A stretch of DNA of 64,000 bases from Macrostomum lignano (lineage: Eukaryota): NCBI GenBank assembly GCA_002269645.1, contig NIVC01001760.1, positions 1-64,000 of the forward strand. Direction: 5' to 3'. The notes under the pieces are model-generated. The model was not told where the DNA came from, ran no database searches, and saw nothing but the letters and a program-made list of their open reading frames with translations. Of this stretch, positions 58,614 through 64,000 are shown one piece after another; the first letter of the stretch is position 1, and every line of letters begins with the position of its first letter. The position numbers and the translations under genes were made by a program.

Positions 58614-59599
58614 ATGGCGGACCTCTACGAGTGTCTTGGAGTGCAGCTGTGGGCGTCTGCGGCACAGATTCGGAAAGCGTTCTACGGTCGAGCACGCGAA
58701 CTGCACCCTGACAAGAGCGCAACAGAGGAGACGCGAAGAGATTCCAGGAGTGCGAAGAGGCGTACCGAATACTGTCGTGTCCGTTCCTTAGAAAGCTGTA
58801 CGATATCTTTGGAAATGCTGTTCGTGACCGGGATGAGATGCTTCGGCTCGCAGAAGGGATGTTAGAGGATGAAGACATGCCCGACGATCTCCGAGAAGAG
58901 ATAGAAAGACTACAAGAGAGCGACCGATTAGCTGAGGAGGCGTACGAGAGAGAACAGGCGAGGAGGGATGAGGAGCACGTCAAGATGGAGGCAAGTGAGG
59001 AGGCCTCAGACGATGAGCAGGACGAAGAGATGAACGAGGCGAGTGAGACACTGCCGGAGGAGTACGAGGTCGAGAAGGTCTTAGGAGTACGAGTCACGGA
59101 GCGAGGAGCGGAGTATCTGCTGCAGTGGGCCGGTGTAGAGGAGCTTGAGACGTCATGGGAAGCGGAGGAAGATTGTGCCGGATGTAGAAACCTGATTGAA
59201 GAATATCTGCAGAGAGCGTACCGGCTTCAGACAAGACCGTGCCGACCAGTGACCGTCGCGGAACTGGAGAACGTAGGACCCAGTCGGAAGAAACTGCACC
59301 AGGCAATGCGGAAGGGCGACCCGTGGGGCATCTTTGAGGTGCTGCTAGCCCTGAAGGGGAAGTGCGCCACTGCCTTGGTGGATTTCAAGGAATTCGGTCC
59401 GGAGTTGATGCTGCAAATCCTGGGCTACTTGGAGCGAGACGGTCGCAAGTATCCGGGGCACGGAGTTCGTCGGTGGAGTCGCCAAGCGTGTCAAGCTGTC
59501 TACATGTCGGTGATGGTGGTGTTCCCGCTGTTCGACCTGCGACGCCAGGGTTTGGTCCTGGGTGCCCTCCGTAGGCTGTGGGATTCGTGCTCTGACTGA
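58614..59599 (+). CDS. E2 ORF3: DnaJ domain (HPD), acidic linker, chromodomain, unknown helical domain; ~328 aa with a 1-bp break near 58735-58741
   Basis: MADLYECLGV..IRKAFYGRARELHPDK, then in the other frame FQECEEAYRILSCPFLRKLYDIFG; EYEVEKVL..EYLLQWAG..TSWEAEEDC..LIEEY chromodomain at about 59060-59209. Confidence 0.88.
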
Positions 59600-60161
59600 G
59601 GCTATGTCTTCCTAGGGACTTTGGGGCTAGGGACTTTGCAGTGCAGACCCAGGGACAGCGGAGCGGAGGTGGACCGGCCTTAACGGGTGCTGACGGAGCG
59701 ACGCGGCTGTGCAGCAACCGCAGGACTCGACGACCAGCGCAGAGCGACCAGAGCAACCGGCGACAGTAGCGACAGGGAGACGAGGCACCAGAGCGACGGC
59801 CGTACTCGGCGGGATGCAGGGAAGCAGTGCTAGTATTACTTGTGAGGGTAAATGTTTGACGGTTTCATTTTTTTGTTTTTTGTGAACATTTAGCGTTTTT
59901 TTCGAACTTCAGCGTTTTTGTTAAAGTGAGTTTTTCCCAAAATTTGCGTATTGCTTCCCAATGATGCGTACTCACTATCCTATGTTTGAAGGTTTCTTCG
60001 TCATTTTTAAACGGTATAATCACTGCGGTTTTGTTTTTTGTTCGAACTAGTTGCCATGCGAGTCCAAAATATTTTTCAAATGCGGTTTGTTCCTCTGTTC
60101 AATTTTTTTGTTATAGTAGCATCATTTCAATATTCGACTTTTCGAACTCGAACTTTTGTCT

Positions 60162-60173
60162 AGGGGACGGGAG
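60162..60173 (+). other. E2 polypurine tract
   Basis: AGGGGACGGGAG immediately before the 3' LTR. Confidence 0.85.
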
Positions 60174-61009
60174 TGTCATGAATGTGTTATTATGACTGTG
60201 TGTACTTTGCTACTTTGCTACGCCGGGCCAGTCGGCCGTCCTCTCCCCCCTCCTTAGATATTTTCTGACTCACCCACCTGCACTTCTGCGCGTGCGTACC
60301 CCTCCCCTCCCTGCCTAGACCTTTTCTGTTGAGTCAAACCCCCCCCCCATGCTCTGCGTGCGACCCCCCCCCTGTGCGACCCCGCCCCATTATTTTGTTA
60401 GCTTTGCTGCCCCGCCCCTGTTTGTGATTGGCTGCCAGTCCCAGTCTGCCGTGCTGCGCCCCGGCGATTGGCTGGTACAGCTCATGCGTTGCCTTGGCTG
60501 ATGTCTAAGCCCCCTTTTCTGCCTTTATCCCGCGCCCTCGACCCCCAGTTTGCTGCCTATTTATTCGGCCCCCTTGAGACCCCATTCTCGTCGTCTTCGT
60601 GGCTCCTCGGCGATTGTGCCAGCGTTGGTTGCTGAATTGCTATTCCTCGCAGAATTGCTAGACAAATATATAAGTAAAGAATATCGAGATCACCACTGCT
60701 CTGACGGCGCTGTTTCTTGTACGACTGAAATCGCGGCTGGTAAGCCTTCCAATTTGTACGTCATTTGGGTCTGCATCTGTACTAGGCACCTTAGAGGGAT
60801 TAAGTGCGTCGTACGCCGGTCCCACCCCAAGCAGCTCTGCGTCGTACGCGAGTCTGTAGGCTGTCGTGCGTCGTACGCTCGAGCAGCCTAGTCCCGACGG
60901 ACACCGCGTCGTACGCGTGTCAGTGGAGGACCGCAGCCAGGGTCAGTACACGAACCCGGGTCTGGGAAAGGGGCACGAAAGGACCGAGCCCTTGAGCCCC
61001 ATCATCACA
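60174..61009 (+). repeat. E2 3' LTR (836 bp)
   Basis: Direct repeat of 52355-53187. Confidence 0.98.
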
Positions 61010-61130
61010 GGAGTACCAGGGGTGACAGGGCTACCAGGGGTGACAGGAGTACCAGGGGTGACAGGAGTAACAGGGGTGACAGGAGTACCAGGGGTGACAG
61101 GAGTACCAGGGATGACAGGGCTACCAGAGG
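61010..61130. repeat. Right part of the 18-bp minisatellite split by E2
   Basis: Same units as 51703-52354. Confidence 0.95.
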
Positions 61131-61704
61131 TGTCAATGGCGTCGGGACTGTCGGATCAAAAAAAGGAAGAAATCCCAATTAAACTCGATCTTTGAAAGCT
61201 GACTCCACTACTGTCTCAATTGTACTGTGCCGACTGGGCCATGGTAGCGAAAGGTGACGCCCTCTGGGCTCTATTGGTCGTGCAACTTCATGTTTACACT
61301 TAAAGACAATGCTAATATTCAAACGCGCCGCCTCTGCCGCCTCCGTCGCCGCCACCGAGTCGCCGCGAAGAAACAGGGAAAAAAGAAACTTAAAAAAAGA
61401 GACTTTGAGTGAAAACGATCTATACTGAACCAATTTGACACCTTCCAAGTCTTCAGTTGCGCAAAGGTTTTTGTCTTGTCGAAACGCACTCGGTTAACAC
61501 CTCACTGCTGACCAGTTCTGTGTGCAATGTGTATGCAAATTGATCATTAGAAGTGGATTGAGTATCAGAAGTAGCGAGAGCATGCAAGGTGATGATTGCA
61601 AGCACGACATGTCGGAGCCATGATTTTTTATTGAAGCAGTCGCGAGCGCTATAGGAGAGGGGAAGAGTGGGGTGCCAGCAGAAGATGTCAGACAAGGTAC
61701 CGTA

Positions 61705-62163
61705 AAGGAGGCACCAGCAAGGATGTCAGAGGGGGCACCAGCTAGCATGTCAGAGGAGACACCAGCAAGGATGTCAGAGGAGGCACCAGCAAGGATGTCA
61801 GAGGAGGCACCAGCTAGGATCTCAGAGGAGGCGCTAGCTAGGATGTCAGAGGAGGCGCTAGCTAGGATCTCAGAGGGAGCGCTAGCTAGAATGTCAGAGG
61901 GAGCGCTAGCTAGGATGTCAGAGGAGGCACCAGCTAGCATGTCAGAGGGAGCGCTAGCTAGGATGTCAGAGGAGGCACCAGCTAGGATGTCAGAGGGAGC
62001 GCTAGCTAGGATGTCAGAGGAGGCACCAGCTAGCATGTCAGAGGGAGCGCTAGCTAGGATGTCAGAGGGAGCGCTAGCTAGGATGTCAGAGGGAGCGCTA
62101 GCTAGCATGTCAGAGGAGGCGCTAGCTAGGATGTCAGAGGAGGCGCCAGCTAGCATGTCAGAG
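61705..62163. repeat. 24-bp minisatellite (GCTAGGATGTCAGAGGAGGCACCA-like)
   Basis: About 19 variant units; the (ARMSEEAP)n ORF is probably a by-product. Confidence 0.93.
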
Positions 62164-63267
62164 AAATCTCCATTAGAGACGGCCACTGCGTCAAAGCATC
62201 GAGTCCGATTGCTAACTGTTTTGCCTGCTATTTTCAAGCAGAAATTCAAAGCAACAACAGTCAAAAGAGAGGCAGCCGCCCCGCATCAATAAAACATTGA
62301 TTAGCTTAGCTTAGCATCTGAGAAGACTCAACAAACAGAATAATTCTTGTCCCTACTAGTTTTTGCGCGGCTCTTTTTTGAGGAGAAGCGGGCCGCGGAG
62401 ACAGCGCGCAGCAGTTCCCGTCGGCGTCGCAGTGGGGGAAAGCGGGCGGGCGGTGGGAGCGGCTGCCACATGCGCCCCCCCCGCTCCCCCAATGAGACTC
62501 GCCCCGCGCAGCAATGCAGGCAGGCAAAGCAGGAAAAAAGTGAAGACTGAAGGAGAGATTTTGAAAGAAATTTTCCAGACTTCTCTGGAGAGAATTATTT
62601 CTTGAGCAGTTTTCTCTCTCCTAATATTAGTCATTTCCCGCCAATTCTCATTTTCGTGGCTTTCGCGATTGCTTAGAAGAGCTGCCTGCAGCACTCAGTC
62701 TTCCCTTCTCAAGCTGGGGAAAGAAATAAAAACTGTTGAGTTAATTTCTTTCAGCAACACACATCCCAGATCCCCACCTGCAATTTCCTGCGCCCCGTGG
62801 CAGTGGCAACAGAGTAATGCAGGCTGCTGCAGCGCTCTCTCAGCTCAGGCTATCAAAATTCTCGCAATCCCGAAAACCGGGAAAAGCAATGAAAAACACT
62901 AGCGGAGTGCAGCGATGGTGTTTGGGGAGATTTTTCCCCAAATTGGCAATTCTCCCAGGGCTCTCCTATAGCCCTGCCAGAGCACTCAGCTGTCAGGCAG
63001 CCGCAGTTCTGCCCACAGATCAAAGAGGAGTTAAAAAACCCGGCAGAATGCATCCAATTAACCTGCTCCCTCTTATACCACAAAATGCCCATGCCGCATA
63101 TTTGACAAGCGGGGCAATGCAGTCTACACTGTTTGAGTCTAATTGCATGGAAAGACTGTGGAGGGTGCCAAAAACGAATGAAATATTTCCCAATTAAGCT
63201 GTGAAGCAGTTATTTTGCAGAGGAGTAACTGCTAAATAACCTGCATAAACTCATCAAGGCTCAGCTT

Positions 63268-63745
63268 CTACTAACAGCTTCACAGGCTCTACCAACAGCT
63301 TCACAGGCTCTACCAACAGATTTACAGGCTTTACCAACAGATTTACAGGCTCTACCAACAGCTTTACAGGCTTTACCAACAGCTTTACAGGCTCTACCAA
63401 CAGCTTTACAGGCTTTACCAACAGCTTTACAGGCTTTACCAACAGATTTACAGGCTCTACCAACAGCTTTACAGGCTTTACCAACAGCTTTACAGGCTCT
63501 ACCAACAGCTTTACAGGCTTTACCAACAGCTTTACAGGCTTTACCAACAGATTTACAGGCTTTACCAACAGATTTACAGGCTTTACCAACAGATTTACAG
63601 GCTTTACCGACAGATTTACAGGCTTTACCGACAGATTTACAGGCTTTACCAACAGATTCACAGGCTCTACCAAAAGCTTCACAGGCTCTACCAACAGCTT
63701 TACAGGCTCTACCAACAGATTCACAGGCTCTACCAACAGCTTCAC
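63268..63745. repeat. 21-bp minisatellite (ACCAACAGCTTTACAGGCTTT)n
   Basis: About 22 units. Confidence 0.95.
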
Positions 63746-64000
63746 ATCCTCCACCACAGAAGCTTAAACAAAAAGCCAAAAAGGCCTCAGAAGACAAAAA
63801 GCAAGCCGGTACCAGCAAGACAGAGTCAGTCAGTCCCGTATATATCAGGTGAACTAGCTTGCAGTGAAACAAAGCAAATTACTGTGCAATGGAGGGGGAG
63901 GGGAGGCATTGACTGGCAAACGCATGATTGAACTTGAAACCGCGGCAGACAAAAATTGCGTCACACACACAGCGCAACACAATTGGGCCCAATCTATTTG

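Larger units (their letters stand above)
52355..61009 (+). mobile_element. Full-length Ty3/Gypsy LTR retrotransposon E2 (8655 bp) with accessory J-chromodomain ORF3
   Basis: Two LTRs with TGTCATGA..TCATCACA ends, 4-bp TSD GGAG (52351-54 / 61010-13), PBS, PPT, gag, open pol. Confidence 0.99.

Noticed and set aside
58614-59599. ORF3 as a retroviral env, or as a host DnaJ/HP1 gene next to the element
   Set aside because: No signal peptide, furin site or TM anchor. It lies between pol and the PPT/3' LTR, and a homologue occupies the same position in E1.
61494-62292. ORFs (ARMSEEAP)n / (SDILASAP)n and 63254-63872 (VKPVKLL)n
   Set aside because: They coincide with 24- and 21-bp tandem arrays and are open on both strands because the unit length is a multiple of three; no independent coding evidence.

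Overview
Eukaryotic (metazoan) genomic DNA. The GC-rich Ala/Gln/Pro-rich coding, spliceosomal introns and extreme minisatellite density resemble a Macrostomum-type flatworm; this host call is an inference. The window has three kinds of content. (1) A three-exon Blimp-1/PRDM1 gene on the + strand (split PR/SET domain, proline-rich region, five zinc fingers), about 12.7-31.0 kb. (2) Two diverged but related Ty3/Gypsy LTR retrotransposons. E1 (- strand, about 22.05-28.96 kb) sits in Blimp-1 intron 2 and its 3' end appears overwritten by an assembly chimera. E2 (+ strand, 52355-61009) is full length, has near-identical LTRs and a GGAG target-site duplication, and lies inside a minisatellite. (3) About 24 unrelated mini/microsatellite arrays covering roughly a quarter of the window, plus a small hAT-like MITE family. 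The main discovery candidate is a third, non-env ORF after pol in both elements. Each begins right after a splice-acceptor-like CAG and encodes an N-terminal DnaJ (J) domain and a shared, unrecognised helical C-terminal domain. In E2 the J domain keeps the HPD motif and an acidic stretch plus an HP1-like chromodomain lies between the two domains; E1 lacks both HPD and the chromodomain. This suggests a Gypsy lineage carrying an Hsp70 co-chaperone/chromatin-reader accessory protein, a possible anti-silencing or targeting factor. Several single-base frame breaks look like long-read consensus errors.
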